From: Deltaproteobacteria bacterium
Lineage (GTDB): Bacteria; Desulfobacterota; Desulfuromonadia; Geobacterales; Pseudopelobacteraceae
Direction of reading: 5' to 3'
Length of the DNA: 64,000 bases
Assembly: GCA_021782545.1 (NCBI GenBank)
Contig: JAJXUW010000001.1
Location: 5,652 to 69,651 of the forward strand
Each line of letters begins with the position of its first letter. Position 1 is the first letter of the stretch. The notes beneath the pieces are model-generated. The model did no database searches. It saw only the letters and a list, made by a program, of their open reading frames with translations, and had not been told where the DNA came from. Shown here piece after piece: positions 50,109-60,719 of this stretch. Both the position numbers and the translations under genes were made by a program.

Positions 50109-51889
50109 TGTGCACCTCCGGTCTGTTGCGTCAGGTAGTCGGCAACGGCATCCTTTTCGGCGGCACTGCCGCCATAGTCCGGCATGGCCGGGTTTAAGGC
50201 CGACAGCTTGTCCAAGGCAGCCCTGATCTTGGCCCGCGGCCATCCTTTCAGGGCCGGTTTGATCTGGTCGAGGCCGTGGCAGGCGGTGCAGTTGTCGGCA
50301 AACAGGCCGGCCCCTTTGCCGGCAGTGGAGGGGGCTGCTGGGGCCGCTCCGGTGGCGGGCTGCGGCTGGGGATGGTTCAAGGAGAACAGGTAGCCGGCCA
50401 GGGCATCTTTGTCCGCCGGCGGTCCGGTGTAGTCAGGCATGGCCGGGTTTAAGGACGGCAGGCGGTCCAGGGCGGTCCGGATTTTTTTCTGGGGCCAGCC
50501 GCTCAAGATCGGCTTCAGGACGTCGGCGCCGTGGCAGGCGGCGCAGTTGGTGTCGAACAGCTCCTTGCCGTGGTCACCCACGGCACCGCCCGTATCGGTG
50601 AGCGGCTTGTGGTTGAGCCCGCCGGCGATGTAGGCGGCCAGTGCCTGCAGCTCGGCATCGGTGCCGGCGAAGGGGGGCATGAAGTAGCGTTTGCCGTGGA
50701 TGGTGGCCAGGTAGCTGCGCAGCCCGGTGAAGCTCATGTTTCGGGTGCGGGCGATGATGTCGTTATTGAACCCGCCGATGGTGTGACAGGCGAAGCACTG
50801 GTGCAGGAACAGCTCCCGTCCGGCCTCCAGACGGTTTGCCGCCGTCACCTCCTTGTTCTGTACCCACCGGGCGTTTTGTAGAAAGCCCTCCTGATCGATC
50901 CGCGAAACCGCGCTGACCGGCAGGCCGTTTGAGTACATCACGCCGTTTATGACAAAGGGACGCCGTGCCGCCTCGCGGGTCCATTCAAAGGCGCCCAGAT
51001 ACCCCATGGCGGTGATCATCACCAACGCCGTCAGCACCCTGGTACGCGCCTTGGGGCTGAGGAGGATCAGGGTGATCAGCAGCCCGGCCAGGAGCGCCAA
51101 GGAGAAGGCCCCCACCGTGCCGGCCCGGGCGATGGTGGGGGAGGCGCCGTGAACCAGTCTGGCGGCCGGGGCCGGCAGCACCGCGAGGTACCACCAGCCG
51201 GCCGGCAGGGAGAGGATGAGGGAGACCAGGGCCCAGATGCCGGAATAGCGGATCATCCGGTGCCGCAGCGCCTCGTCTTCGATGAAGGTGGCGGTGAGGA
51301 AGCCGTAGCAGCCGGCCAGCATGAAGCTTATGAAGCTGCGGAAGAACAGGGCGGGCCAGAAGGTGGGGTTGAAAAACCCGGACCAGAAGCCGTGATTGCT
51401 GATCCAGTCGCCGGGGGTCAGCATGAAGTCGATGATGCCGTTGATCAGAAACAGGCTGAGCCAGGCGGCGCCGAAGTAGATCCAGCCGATGATCTGATGG
51501 TTGCGGTCATCCATCCGGCCGAAGGTGTAGAAGTAGATGAACAGAGCCACGATCTCCACCAGGAAGAAGACCCACTCTGTGGCCCAGCCAAAGACGAAGG
51601 TGTGGATCAGGAGCGAGGTGGCCGCCGGGTTGATCAGGGAGATCACGAACCAGATCGCCACCCCGGTAAGCCCCCCGAAGACCATGGTCAACAGCATGAA
51701 GAACCGGGTGTGCGTCCTGACGAACGCCATGATCGCGGCACTTTTCTCCGTAAGCGCCTTGCGTTCGGTCAGCACCAGGTAGAGACCGCCTCCCACGGCG
51801 AAGTGGGAGACAAAGACATGCACGATCGCCACCAGCGCGATCAGCAGGCCACCGCCAAAGGTTGGGACAAACCAGACCGGGTAGTTCAT
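50105..51889 (-). CDS. Cytochrome bd subunit I-like protein fused to three c-type heme domains
   Basis: HVFVSHFAVGGG, WATEWVFFLVE, FMLTPG, FFNPT, EWTREAARRPF; CxxCH three times (CFACH, CAACH, CTACH), each followed by a distal MP. Confidence 0.8.
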   Translation of the reverse strand: MNYPVWFVPTFGGGLLIALVAIVHVFVSHFAVGGGLYLVLTERKALTEKSAAIMAFVRTHTRFFMLLTMVFGGLTGVAIWFVISLINPAATSLLIHTFVFGWATEWVFFLVEIVALFIYFYTFGRMDDRNHQIIGWIYFGAAWLSLFLINGIIDFMLTPGDWISNHGFWSGFFNPTFWPALFFRSFISFMLAGCYGFLTATFIEDEALRHRMIRYSGIWALVSLILSLPAGWWYLAVLPAPAARLVHGASPTIARAGTVGAFSLALLAGLLITLILLSPKARTRVLTALVMITAMGYLGAFEWTREAARRPFVINGVMYSNGLPVSAVSRIDQEGFLQNARWVQNKEVTAANRLEAGRELFLHQCFACHTIGGFNNDIIARTRNMSFTGLRSYLATIHGKRYFMPPFAGTDAELQALAAYIAGGLNHKPLTDTGGAVGDHGKELFDTNCAACHGADVLKPILSGWPQKKIRTALDRLPSLNPAMPDYTGPPADKDALAGYLFSLNHPQPQPATGAAPAAPSTAGKGAGLFADNCTACHGLDQIKPALKGWPRAKIRAALDKLSALNPAMPDYGGSAAEKDAVADYLTQQTGGAQ

Positions 51890-51911
51890 GCCGAGGTGCC
51901 TCCTTTGAGTG

Positions 51912-54299
51912 TTAGATCTCCTTTGAAAGGCGTTTCAACAGCAGCGAGTTCGTTACCACCGAGACCGATGAAAAGGCCATGGCCAGGCCAGCGTATTCGG
52001 GTTTGAGGATGATCCCCCAGCGGCTGAACAGGCCGGCTGCCACCGGGATGCCGACCACATTGTAGAACAGTGCCCAGAACAGGTTCTGCTTCACCTTAGA
52101 CAGTGTGGCCCGGCCCACGGTGATGGCCCGCACCGCATCCTGCAGGTCGTCGCGAATCAGGACGATATCGCCGGTCTCCTTGGCCACGTCGGTACCGCCG
52201 CCGATGGCAATTCCCACGTCGGCAGCCGCAAGGGCGGGGGCGTCGTTGATACCGTCGCCCACCATCCCCACCCGCATCCCGTTGGCCTGATACTCTTTCA
52301 CCAGATCCTGCTTGCGGCCGGGCAGTACCTGGGCCTCGAAGCTGTCCACCCCGACCTGGGCGGCCACGGTGGCAGCCACGCTGGCCATATCACCGGTGAT
52401 CATCACCGTGCGCAGACCGAGCCGCTTCAGATCGGCCACCGCCTGGGGCGAGGTGGCTTTAAGGGTGTCGCTGAAGGCGGCGATCCCTACCAGGGTATGG
52501 GCCGCGGCCACGTAGATCAGCGATTTGCCCGTTGCGGCAAGCCGGGCCGCCTCGTCATCCAACTGACGGGTGGCTATCCCCTGGGCCTCTAGCAGCCGTT
52601 GGTTGCCGACCGCCAGGGGGAAACCGTTGTAGCTGCAGGTAATGCCATGCCCTTCCTGTTCGTGAAAATCGCTCACCTCACCCGGCGTGATTCCTGCTGC
52701 GGTAGCGGCGGTCACTGCGGCCTGCGCCAGAGGGTGGCTGGAGGAATGCTCGGCGGCAGCCAGACATTCCAGCAGCCGTCGATCATCCACGCCGGGTACG
52801 GTGGCCAGGTCGGTCATGGCCAGCTGGCCGCTGGTGAGGGTGCCGGTCTTGTCCAGGAACAGCACCTGCAGCCTGGCAATGGCCTCCAGGGCCGAGCCTT
52901 TTTTTACCAAGATGCCCCGGGCAAGGGCCACGCCGCTGCCGACCATGATGGCGGTGGGTGTGGCCAGGCCCATGGCGCAGGGGCAGGCGATCACCACCAC
53001 CGCCACGCCGAACTTGAAGGCGGTGACGAAGGGTGCGTGCAGGAGGAGGTACCACCACCCGAAGGTGCCGAGGGACAGCAGGATAACCGCCGGCACGAAC
53101 CAGGCCGAGACCGCGTCTGCAAACCGTTGGATCGGGGCCTTGTCACCCTGGGCATCGCGCACCATCCTGACGATCTGCGACAGGAGCGTTTCTTCGCCGA
53201 TCCGGGTGGCACGTACCACCAGCCGGCCGTTTTTGTTGATGGTGGCGCCGGTCACGCTGTCGCCTACCTGTTTGGTCACCGGCAGCGACTCGCCGGTAAC
53301 CATCGCCTCGTCGACGCTTGAGCTGCCCTCCAGCACCTCGCCGTCCACCGGTATGGTCTCGCCGGGTCGTACCGCCACCAGGTCGCCCACCCGTACCACC
53401 GAGGCCGGCACCTCTTTTTCGCCCTCAGGGGTCACCAGCCGGGCCTTGTCGGCCTGCAGATGCAGCAGTTTTTTCAGTGCCTCGCCGGCCTTGCCCCGTG
53501 CCCGTGCCTCCAGGTACTTGCCCAATCGGATGAAGGTGATCAGCCAGGCCGAGGTCTCGAAGAACACCTCGTGGTTGTCGCCCAGTAGGCCGAAGAAGGC
53601 CAGCACCGAATACCCCCAGGCCGCACTGGTACCGAGCGCCACCAGTACGTCCATGTTGCTGCTTTTGCTCTTCAGGGCCGACCAGGCCCCCCGGTAAAAG
53701 GCCAGGCCGGCGCTGAACTGGACCACGGTGGCCAGGATCAGGTTCAGCCAACCAATGCTGTGGTGGTGGTGCAGGGTCATGGTGGCCATGATCGGCAGCG
53801 AAAGCACCAGGGCACACAGGAACCAGTTGCGCTGGCTGGTCAGTTCCGCAGCTGTTGCGTCCTCGGCGGCGGTCAGCTCAAGGGGGGTGTACCCGGTGTG
53901 GTGGACGAGGGCAAAGATCTGTCCTTTGTCCAGTGTTGAGGGATCAAAACGGACAAAGCCGGTGCCGGCCGCCAGATTGACCACGGCGGTGGTGATGGCT
54001 TCGTGTGCCAGCAGTGCCTTTTCCAGGCGTGCCACGCAGGAGGCGCAGTGCAGGCCGCTCACGCCGAAGGTCAGTTCTCCCGGCGGTTCCGGGCGGATGA
54101 CGCCGTATCCGAGGGACTGGACCTTTTCGCCGATGGCATCGCCGCTGATGGCCTGTTCGTCGAACTCAACGGTCAGTTGTGCCATGGCAAAGTTGACGAC
54201 CGCCGTATGGACGCCGGGCAGGAGCGCTACCTCCCGTTCGATGCGGGCGGCGCAGTTGGCGCAGGACATGCCGGTGATCTGGAATGACAGGGTGCTCAT
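51912..54299 (-). CDS. copA: Cu(I)-translocating P1B-1 ATPase
   Basis: Two HMA domains (CANC, CASC), TGES, CPC, DKTGT, HP, GDGIND, YN and MAFSS. Confidence 0.92.
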   Translation of the reverse strand: MSTLSFQITGMSCANCAARIEREVALLPGVHTAVVNFAMAQLTVEFDEQAISGDAIGEKVQSLGYGVIRPEPPGELTFGVSGLHCASCVARLEKALLAHEAITTAVVNLAAGTGFVRFDPSTLDKGQIFALVHHTGYTPLELTAAEDATAAELTSQRNWFLCALVLSLPIMATMTLHHHHSIGWLNLILATVVQFSAGLAFYRGAWSALKSKSSNMDVLVALGTSAAWGYSVLAFFGLLGDNHEVFFETSAWLITFIRLGKYLEARARGKAGEALKKLLHLQADKARLVTPEGEKEVPASVVRVGDLVAVRPGETIPVDGEVLEGSSSVDEAMVTGESLPVTKQVGDSVTGATINKNGRLVVRATRIGEETLLSQIVRMVRDAQGDKAPIQRFADAVSAWFVPAVILLSLGTFGWWYLLLHAPFVTAFKFGVAVVVIACPCAMGLATPTAIMVGSGVALARGILVKKGSALEAIARLQVLFLDKTGTLTSGQLAMTDLATVPGVDDRRLLECLAAAEHSSSHPLAQAAVTAATAAGITPGEVSDFHEQEGHGITCSYNGFPLAVGNQRLLEAQGIATRQLDDEAARLAATGKSLIYVAAAHTLVGIAAFSDTLKATSPQAVADLKRLGLRTVMITGDMASVAATVAAQVGVDSFEAQVLPGRKQDLVKEYQANGMRVGMVGDGINDAPALAAADVGIAIGGGTDVAKETGDIVLIRDDLQDAVRAITVGRATLSKVKQNLFWALFYNVVGIPVAAGLFSRWGIILKPEYAGLAMAFSSVSVVTNSLLLKRLSKEI

Positions 54300-55372
54300 G
54301 ATTCGCTCCTGTAGGGGGCAAAATCACCTCGCAGCCAGTGCTGCCAGGTGATTTTGAGGGCGGCGGTAATCGGCAGCGCCAGGAGGATGCCCCAGAAACC
54401 CATCAATTCTCCCAAGGCCATCACCATGATAATGGTCAAAAGCGGATTCAGGTTCATGGACTGCTTGAATACCAACGGTTTGATCAGGTAACCCTCGACA
54501 AAGTAGATCACTGAAAAGACCCCCAGTACCTTGAGCAGTATGGCTCCGGTCCCGATGGTCAGCCAGCTGAAGATGAGCGGCGGGGCCATGGCCACGATGA
54601 CGCCGATAAAGGGGAGGATCGAGGCGAAGCCGGCAAAGACCGCACAAAACAGCGGGTGCGGCACATCAAGCACCCAGAGTGAGGGGTAGGTCATCAGGGC
54701 CACGATCAGCGATACCCCGACCTGCCCGCGCAGGTACCCGCCTATACTGGTGTCCACTTCGCGGCCGATTCGCAGCACGAGGTCGCGACGATCCAGCGGG
54801 ATCCAGGAATAGGAGGTCTCGATGGCCTTTTGCTTATACTCCAACATGAAAAAAACCAGGATTGGCGCCAGGACAAGGTTGAACAGGTTGAAAAAGACAC
54901 TGCGTCCGATATCGTAGAACCAGGTGCTGACCTTTTCCACCAGTTTGTCGGCGTTGGCAGTGATGTTGTCTGCCAACCAGTTGATCTCCTGCGATCCGTA
55001 ATGCTCCGGGATACGGTCCTGCCAGGACAACAGCAGCAGCTTCAGTTTTTGCAGGTAGGTGGGGAGATTTTGCAGAAAGTCGTCCCAGTTGATGCTCAGC
55101 TTGGGCACTAAAACGGTCATAGCGAAGGTGGTGCCAAGACCAAGGCAGACATAGAGGATGACGATGCCGTGGATACGCCGTAGACCGCGCTGCTCCATTT
55201 TGACCACCAGCGGGTCAAACAGGTAGGCCAGCACGAAGGAGAGCAGAAAGCAGGAGAGGGTATAGCGCAAGGCATACCCCAGCGTGACGGTGAGGGCGGC
55301 CAGCAGCAGCAGCGCAATCAGCCGGCCATAGCCATCGCCTTCCTGATTGGTGAAGGATTCCAGGGGAGACAT
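54296..55372 (-). CDS. AI-2E family transporter
   Basis: [32 protein letters not shown]. Confidence 0.9.
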   Translation of the reverse strand: MSPLESFTNQEGDGYGRLIALLLLAALTVTLGYALRYTLSCFLLSFVLAYLFDPLVVKMEQRGLRRIHGIVILYVCLGLGTTFAMTVLVPKLSINWDDFLQNLPTYLQKLKLLLLSWQDRIPEHYGSQEINWLADNITANADKLVEKVSTWFYDIGRSVFFNLFNLVLAPILVFFMLEYKQKAIETSYSWIPLDRRDLVLRIGREVDTSIGGYLRGQVGVSLIVALMTYPSLWVLDVPHPLFCAVFAGFASILPFIGVIVAMAPPLIFSWLTIGTGAILLKVLGVFSVIYFVEGYLIKPLVFKQSMNLNPLLTIIMVMALGELMGFWGILLALPITAALKITWQHWLRGDFAPYRSES

Positions 55373-55383
55373 AGGCCCTCCCG

Positions 55384-55824
55384 TCAGTTGACAGCCCGTA
55401 GGCTGGTAGTCTTGGAGAACAGGTTGTGTTCCTCCAGCCAGCTTTTTACCCGAGTGCTCAAGAGGTGGTCCTTCATCTCATCCAGCCGCGCTTCCTCCTC
55501 GGGGAAGAAGGACAGAATGTCGGCTGCATTGGCATAGGGCAGCCGGCCGGTGAGGGAATGTTCCAAAAGCCGGCGCAGGTCATCGTTGTCGTGGGAGCGG
55601 TTGAAACCGGATAACAACTGGCGTTCGGCTGCGTGATCAAAACGAGGGATTTCCAGAAAGCGGTCTTTAAGTTGGTCCAGCTCTTCCCAGACGCTTTCCT
55701 CTTGGTCGGCCTGCAGGAAAAAGATGTCGCCCGTGGCGCGGTCCAGAAAATAGATCCGGTCCGCTTCCATGTTGGTAAAGGCTGCCAGCAGCTCATCCCA
55801 CAGTATGGCAACGTTATGGTGCAT
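55384..55824 (-). CDS. UPF0158 family protein
   Basis: WDELL.AF...YFLDR.TG.I, RFLEIP, WLEE pattern. Confidence 0.65.
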   Translation of the reverse strand: MHHNVAILWDELLAAFTNMEADRIYFLDRATGDIFFLQADQEESVWEELDQLKDRFLEIPRFDHAAERQLLSGFNRSHDNDDLRRLLEHSLTGRLPYANAADILSFFPEEEARLDEMKDHLLSTRVKSWLEEHNLFSKTTSLRAVN

Positions 55825-55879
55825 GTGTACTCCAGTTCTCTGTTGACAGGTCTCAGGCAGGACGGCACAATCGCCACCC

Positions 55880-56596
55880 ATGCGGACCATTTTTCTTGCC
55901 GACGCCCATCTGCATCATCCTGATGATAGCAATTATCGCCGGTTACTCAAGTTTTTGGAAGAACTGCAAGGCGTAACAGACACGCTTTGCATCTTGGGCG
56001 ACCTGTTTGATTTTCGGATCGGCCTGCCCTCGTTGGCTTTTCCTGAACACGAGCCGGTGCTCGACGCCCTTGCCCGGTTGAGCCACGGCGGAACCCGTCT
56101 GATCTACCTGGAGGGCAACCATGACTTCCATCTGGGGGACGCCTTCGCCCGGCGTATCGGTGCGGAACTCTATCGCGGGCCGGTCCCGGTCGAACTCCAG
56201 GGGAAACGGTTGTTGCTCTGCCATGGCGACCTGGCAAACCCGGCAGACTGGCGTTATCGCCTGCTCCACTTAAGTCTGCGTAACCGGGCGGCCGCCGTGG
56301 CCGGGCGGATACTGCCCGCACCGCTGGTACAGGGAATCCGGCGACGTCTGCAGAGAACCAGTCGCGGCCGCTACACCCACGATCAGTTCCGCTGGAATTA
56401 CCAGCAGATCATCAGCGCCTATGGCGTAACGATCCGCAGCAAGGGGTTCGATGCGCTGGTGCTGGGGCATTTTCACCTGCCGTTCATCGAACGGCACGAT
56501 CATTTCACCCTGCTGGCGCTGGGCGACTGGATCGGTCAGTTTTCGTACGGCCAGCTTCAGGACGGCGTCTTTTCCCTGGCTACCTATCGGCCTTAA
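55880..56596 (+). CDS. lpxH: UDP-2,3-diacylglucosamine hydrolase
   Basis: ADAHL, LGDLFD, GNHDF, HGD, GHFH, LGDW. Confidence 0.88.
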   Translation: MRTIFLADAHLHHPDDSNYRRLLKFLEELQGVTDTLCILGDLFDFRIGLPSLAFPEHEPVLDALARLSHGGTRLIYLEGNHDFHLGDAFARRIGAELYRGPVPVELQGKRLLLCHGDLANPADWRYRLLHLSLRNRAAAVAGRILPAPLVQGIRRRLQRTSRGRYTHDQFRWNYQQIISAYGVTIRSKGFDALVLGHFHLPFIERHDHFTLLALGDWIGQFSYGQLQDGVFSLATYRP

Positions 56597-57851
56597 AGAA
56601 GGCGTCAAGGGCCTGTTCCCCCACCTGTGAAGCCTTGATCCGCCATCGATCCCCGTTAATAACCAGTGCCACCAGGGCGATCTTCGGCCTTTCCGCTGGT
56701 GCAAAGGCGGCAAACCAGCTGTAATGCCCTTTGGGATTGTTGCCATCAATGCTGCCGGTCTTGGCGGCCACTGTGACGTTTGCCAGTAGCTGCCGGCCCT
56801 GGGAGGTCCGGAAAGCCCGCCGGGAGGTCCCTTTGGTGACGGTACCGGTCAGCATGTGGGTCAGGTTGTCGGCAACCTGGGGGGCAAGCACCCGGCGGAT
56901 CTCTCGAGAGGGAGGCAGGGTCTGATCCCGGTTTCCCCTGCTGATTCGATCCACAAGGCGTGGGGTCATCATGACGCCGTTATTGGCGATGCTGGCTGTG
57001 ATCATGGCCGCATGCAGCGGCGATACCTGCAGGCTGTGTTTCAACCCGGCCCCCAGCAGGCGCAGCTCCCGTTCAGTTGTCGGCGTGGGGGCCTGGCTGA
57101 TGCGAACCGGCAGGCCTGGCAGCAGAGGGGTGTTGAAACCGAACCGGGTAAGGGTGGCTTTCAGCCCTGCGCTGCCCACCAGGTCGCTGGCGATCCGACC
57201 ATAGACCGGATTGCATGATTTGCAGATCGCCTCGGAGACATCCATCTGATTGTTGCGTCCCCTCGGACTCGGATCCCAGCCTGATGGAGCCTCGGAAACG
57301 GGGCGGCCACGAAACGCCATGACGGTGTTGGGGGTGATTTTACCGTTTTCCAGGGCTGATGCTGCCGTTACCATCTTAAACAACGACGCCATGGGATAGA
57401 GCTGGTAGGCCGCTTCTCGAGGCCAATCCGGCATCAGGGATGAATGGCCGGCTATCGCCAGTATCCGACCGCTTGCCGGTTCCAGGGCAACGACGATACC
57501 GTAGGGGACGTGATAGGACTCCAGATAGCGTTGTATCCGCTCCTGCAGACCGGGGATGATGCTGTAGTGGAGTACGGTGCCATCGGGGGTGGTGGCCGTC
57601 AAACCGTTGCCCCGTTGCTGGGCGGCCGGCAGTAGCTCGCTCGCCATGCTGAACAGCTCTGCGCTTGAGTGGGGGTGAACGGCAGCCTTGGCTATGGCTG
57701 ACTGTTCCCGCCAGCTGCCATAGGCACTGGCCCCTTCTCTAATCAGCAGCAGTGCAAGCGGGATCAGGAACAGGGCCAGCAGGAAGAACAGTATGAGGCC
57801 CTGACGGGTTTTGTTGCGAGGTGGACTGCAAATATGTTTGAGGTCGTGCAT
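56580..57851 (-). CDS. Penicillin-binding transpeptidase-domain protein
   Basis: One TM; SxxK (SLFK), SxN (SCN) and KTG motifs. Confidence 0.85.
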   Translation of the reverse strand: MHDLKHICSPPRNKTRQGLILFFLLALFLIPLALLLIREGASAYGSWREQSAIAKAAVHPHSSAELFSMASELLPAAQQRGNGLTATTPDGTVLHYSIIPGLQERIQRYLESYHVPYGIVVALEPASGRILAIAGHSSLMPDWPREAAYQLYPMASLFKMVTAASALENGKITPNTVMAFRGRPVSEAPSGWDPSPRGRNNQMDVSEAICKSCNPVYGRIASDLVGSAGLKATLTRFGFNTPLLPGLPVRISQAPTPTTERELRLLGAGLKHSLQVSPLHAAMITASIANNGVMMTPRLVDRISRGNRDQTLPPSREIRRVLAPQVADNLTHMLTGTVTKGTSRRAFRTSQGRQLLANVTVAAKTGSIDGNNPKGHYSWFAAFAPAERPKIALVALVINGDRWRIKASQVGEQALDAFFKADR

Positions 57852-57904
57852 TGGCGCCCTGTTGAAGGTGATGGGTGTACTATAGGCTATCGGACGTTGG
57901 CCTG

Positions 57905-59560
57905 TCAATCGGCCTCGGGCCAGAATCTGCGTTTCAGTTCGTCAAGCAGGGGCGGCAGCGTGGTAGGCGTCGCGGCGCTGATCGAGATGGCCTTGTGGCG
58001 TAACTGGGCCTGTTTAACCCGAAGATAGGCAACCGTGTCACGTTTTTTGAGTGGTGCCAGCAGATCGAATTTATTAAATACTACTAACTCCGGAATAGTG
58101 TCCAGTTCAAGTTCTTTAAGGATGGCATGCACCTGTCGGATATGTTCCTCAAAACGGGGGCTGGAGATATCCACCAGGTGCAGCAGCAGATCGGCGTCCC
58201 GCAGTTCCTCGAGGGTGGCCTTGAAGGCGCCCAGCAGCGATTTCGGCAGGCTGCGGATGAAACCGACGGTGTCGGTGATGATGACCTCTCGCTCCCGGGG
58301 CAGGCGCAGACGGCGGCTTGAGGTGTCCAGAGTGGCGAACAGCAGGTTTTCGGTGAATACCTCGCTCTTGGTCAGGGCGTTCAGCAGGGTGGATTTGCCG
58401 GCATTGGTATAGCCGACGATCGAAACGATCGGTACGCCGGCCTTGACCCGTCTGCTGCGGCGTTGTTCCCGGCTCCGGGACAGCTCCTGCAGTTCCCGTT
58501 CCAGGGCGGTGATCCGGTCGCGAATCCGGCGGCGGTCGGTCTCCAGCTTGGTTTCGCCGGGGCCGCGGCCGCCGATACCTCCCATGAGGCGTGACATCTG
58601 TACCCCGCGGCCGGTCAGCCGGGGCAGGAGATATTTGAGTTGCGCCAGTTCCACCTGTACCTTGCCGTCAAGCGAACTGGCACGGCGGGCGAAGATGTCC
58701 AGGATCAGCTGGCTGCGGTCCAGTACCTTGAGTTCGGTCATGGTGGAGATGGCCCGTACCTGGGCCGGGGTCAGCTCTTGATCAAAGATCAACAGGCTGG
58801 CCCCCCGTTGCAACGCCCTGATGACCACCTCTTGCAGTTTGCCTTCGCCCATCAGGGTGCGTGGGTTCAGTTTGCGCGGCAGCTGGATGAAGCTGTCCAG
58901 CACCGCTACGCCGGCGGTTCGGGCCAGTTCCTGCAGTTCAGCCAGCGAGTCCTCTACCTCGCGCCGTTCACCGTCGGCCCGTACCGAAATCAGGATCGCC
59001 TGTTCCTGCCCTGTTCGGGCCGCGGTTTCCCGCGTTGTATCCCGTTCCAGCTGCCGCTCCAGTTCAGCGAGTGTCTCGCTGCCGTAACCGTCCAGGCGGT
59101 CAAGCGGCTGAGGGCCGACCAGGGTGATGCCGGAGGGGGTTGCGGAGAGGTGGGCCACCTGGATCGTGAGACGCTGGCTGGCAGGCGGTGCGTTCACGGC
59201 GGCGATCAGATCCAGGCGTAACAGCTTCAGGTCGGTCAGGTCGTCTTCACTGAGCGGTTCGTTTTTGAGGTGGGTGTGGATCAGGCGCAGGCCGCGCAGA
59301 CACTTGCGACCCAGCGGGTAGTCCTTGAGTTCGGGGATCAGTAGCTTTTTTTCGTCACCGACAATCAGGTAGTCGATGATGCCGTGACGATTGATCAGGA
59401 CGCCCAGTTGGCGGCGCAGTTCCTGCGACAGTTCCATGAGCCGCTGGGCCAGTTCGCTGGAACAGCATTCGCCGGGCGGAATCCGGCGGCGGTAGAGCCG
59501 TTCCAGTGCGTTGATCTGGCTCTGCCGCAGGCCTGCAAGGTTGCCGTGGAGATCGTGAAT
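57905..59560 (-). CDS. hflX: GTPase HflX (probable non-canonical ATT start at 59560)
   Basis: GYTNAGKS, LFATLD, DTVG, NKFD, GRGPGETKLE. The frame continues 41 codons upstream of the first ATG (59437) to ATT, preceded by GGAG. Confidence 0.92.
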   Translation of the reverse strand: MHDLHGNLAGLRQSQINALERLYRRRIPPGECCSSELAQRLMELSQELRRQLGVLINRHGIIDYLIVGDEKKLLIPELKDYPLGRKCLRGLRLIHTHLKNEPLSEDDLTDLKLLRLDLIAAVNAPPASQRLTIQVAHLSATPSGITLVGPQPLDRLDGYGSETLAELERQLERDTTRETAARTGQEQAILISVRADGERREVEDSLAELQELARTAGVAVLDSFIQLPRKLNPRTLMGEGKLQEVVIRALQRGASLLIFDQELTPAQVRAISTMTELKVLDRSQLILDIFARRASSLDGKVQVELAQLKYLLPRLTGRGVQMSRLMGGIGGRGPGETKLETDRRRIRDRITALERELQELSRSREQRRSRRVKAGVPIVSIVGYTNAGKSTLLNALTKSEVFTENLLFATLDTSSRRLRLPREREVIITDTVGFIRSLPKSLLGAFKATLEELRDADLLLHLVDISSPRFEEHIRQVHAILKELELDTIPELVVFNKFDLLAPLKKRDTVAYLRVKQAQLRHKAISISAATPTTLPPLLDELKRRFWPEAD

Positions 59561-59572
59561 GGCAAGGCTCCG

Positions 59573-60340
59573 TTAGATGCCGGTGACGTTGTAGCCGGCG
59601 TCCACGTAGTGAATCTCGCCGGAGACGCCGCTGGCCAGATCGCTGCAGAGGTACAGGGCCGATTTGGCCACCTCGTCCTGGGTGATGTTGCGGTGCAACG
59701 GCGCCCGCTCCTCAACGGTATTCAGAATCTGTTTGAAATCGCCAACCCCTGAGGCTGCCAGGGTCTTGATCGGCCCGGCCGAGATGGCGTTCACCCGGAT
59801 GCTGTCAGGGCCGAGACCGGCCGCCAGATACCGTACTGAGGCCTCCAGGGCCGCCTTTGCTACCCCCATCACGTTGTAGTTGGGGAATACCCTCACCGCG
59901 CCATAGTAGGTCATGGCCATGGCGCAGGCGTTGCGACCGGCCATGAGGGGGTGGGCTCCTTTCAACAGGGCGATCAGTGAATAGGCGCTGATATCGAGGG
60001 CCGTGGAAAAGCCCTGGCGGGTTGTGGAGAGGATGCTCCCCTTCAGTTCCTCCTTGTCGGCAAAGGCCACCGAGTGGATCAGGATGTCGAGGCCGCCCCA
60101 GCGTTGCTCCACCTGCTTCATCAGTGCGGCGATCTCCTCGTCGCTTGTGACGTTGCAAGGAGCCACGGCGGCTTCCAGCGATTCAGCCAGGGGGCGTACC
60201 CGCTTTTCAATCGCCTCACCGGCATAGGTGAGCATTACTTCGGCGCCCTCGGCGCGGAATAACCGCGCAATGGCCCAGGCGATGCTCTTTTCGTTGGCAA
60301 CCCCCAGAATCAGCGCTTTTTTACCGGTAAGCAGTCCCAT
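59573..60340 (-). CDS. fabI: Enoyl-ACP reductase FabI
   Basis: GVANEKSIAW, HSVAFA, YNVMGVAKAALE, ISAGPIKTLA, VDAG. Confidence 0.95.
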   Translation of the reverse strand: MGLLTGKKALILGVANEKSIAWAIARLFRAEGAEVMLTYAGEAIEKRVRPLAESLEAAVAPCNVTSDEEIAALMKQVEQRWGGLDILIHSVAFADKEELKGSILSTTRQGFSTALDISAYSLIALLKGAHPLMAGRNACAMAMTYYGAVRVFPNYNVMGVAKAALEASVRYLAAGLGPDSIRVNAISAGPIKTLAASGVGDFKQILNTVEERAPLHRNITQDEVAKSALYLCSDLASGVSGEIHYVDAGYNVTGI

Positions 60341-60584
60341 CCACTCCTCCCTCTTCTGTTGCATTGGAAATAGGCAGATTCTCTGTGGTCGTCCGCCGCA
60401 CCACGTGTGCGTCGAGACGGTGCTCAAAGTCGTTTAGGTGCCCTTCAAGCTGTTCAAGCCTGGCGGCGATCCGTTCCGTGCGTCGCCAAAGCCCCACGAT
60501 CAGGATCGGCAGGCTCAGCCAGACCGCACTAAGCAGCAGCCCCAACAGGACCAGCATGATCATGACGCCGCCCATCAGTTCCAT
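60321..60584 (-). CDS. Small membrane protein (TM plus coiled coil), unknown function
   Basis: SD GGAGG, hydrophobic N-half, heptad LEQLEGHL; overlaps the fabI start. Confidence 0.6.
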   Translation of the reverse strand: MELMGGVMIMLVLLGLLLSAVWLSLPILIVGLWRRTERIAARLEQLEGHLNDFEHRLDAHVVRRTTTENLPISNATEEGGVDGTAYR

Positions 60585-60719
60585 CGTTACCCTCCGCAGA
60601 TACTGAAAGGTAGAAAGCTATAGCATAGTAATCGCCGAATGGCAATTAGTGCACCGGCGGTGACGTGGCGTCGTGAATCGCCCCGGTCTCGCAAAATACG
60701 GTGAAAATGCCGGCTGGCT

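Noticed and set aside
59395-59715. Possible frameshifted 5' part of hflX
   Set aside because: The HflX-like N-terminus is in the same frame as the main ORF, so no frameshift is needed; an ATT start explains it.
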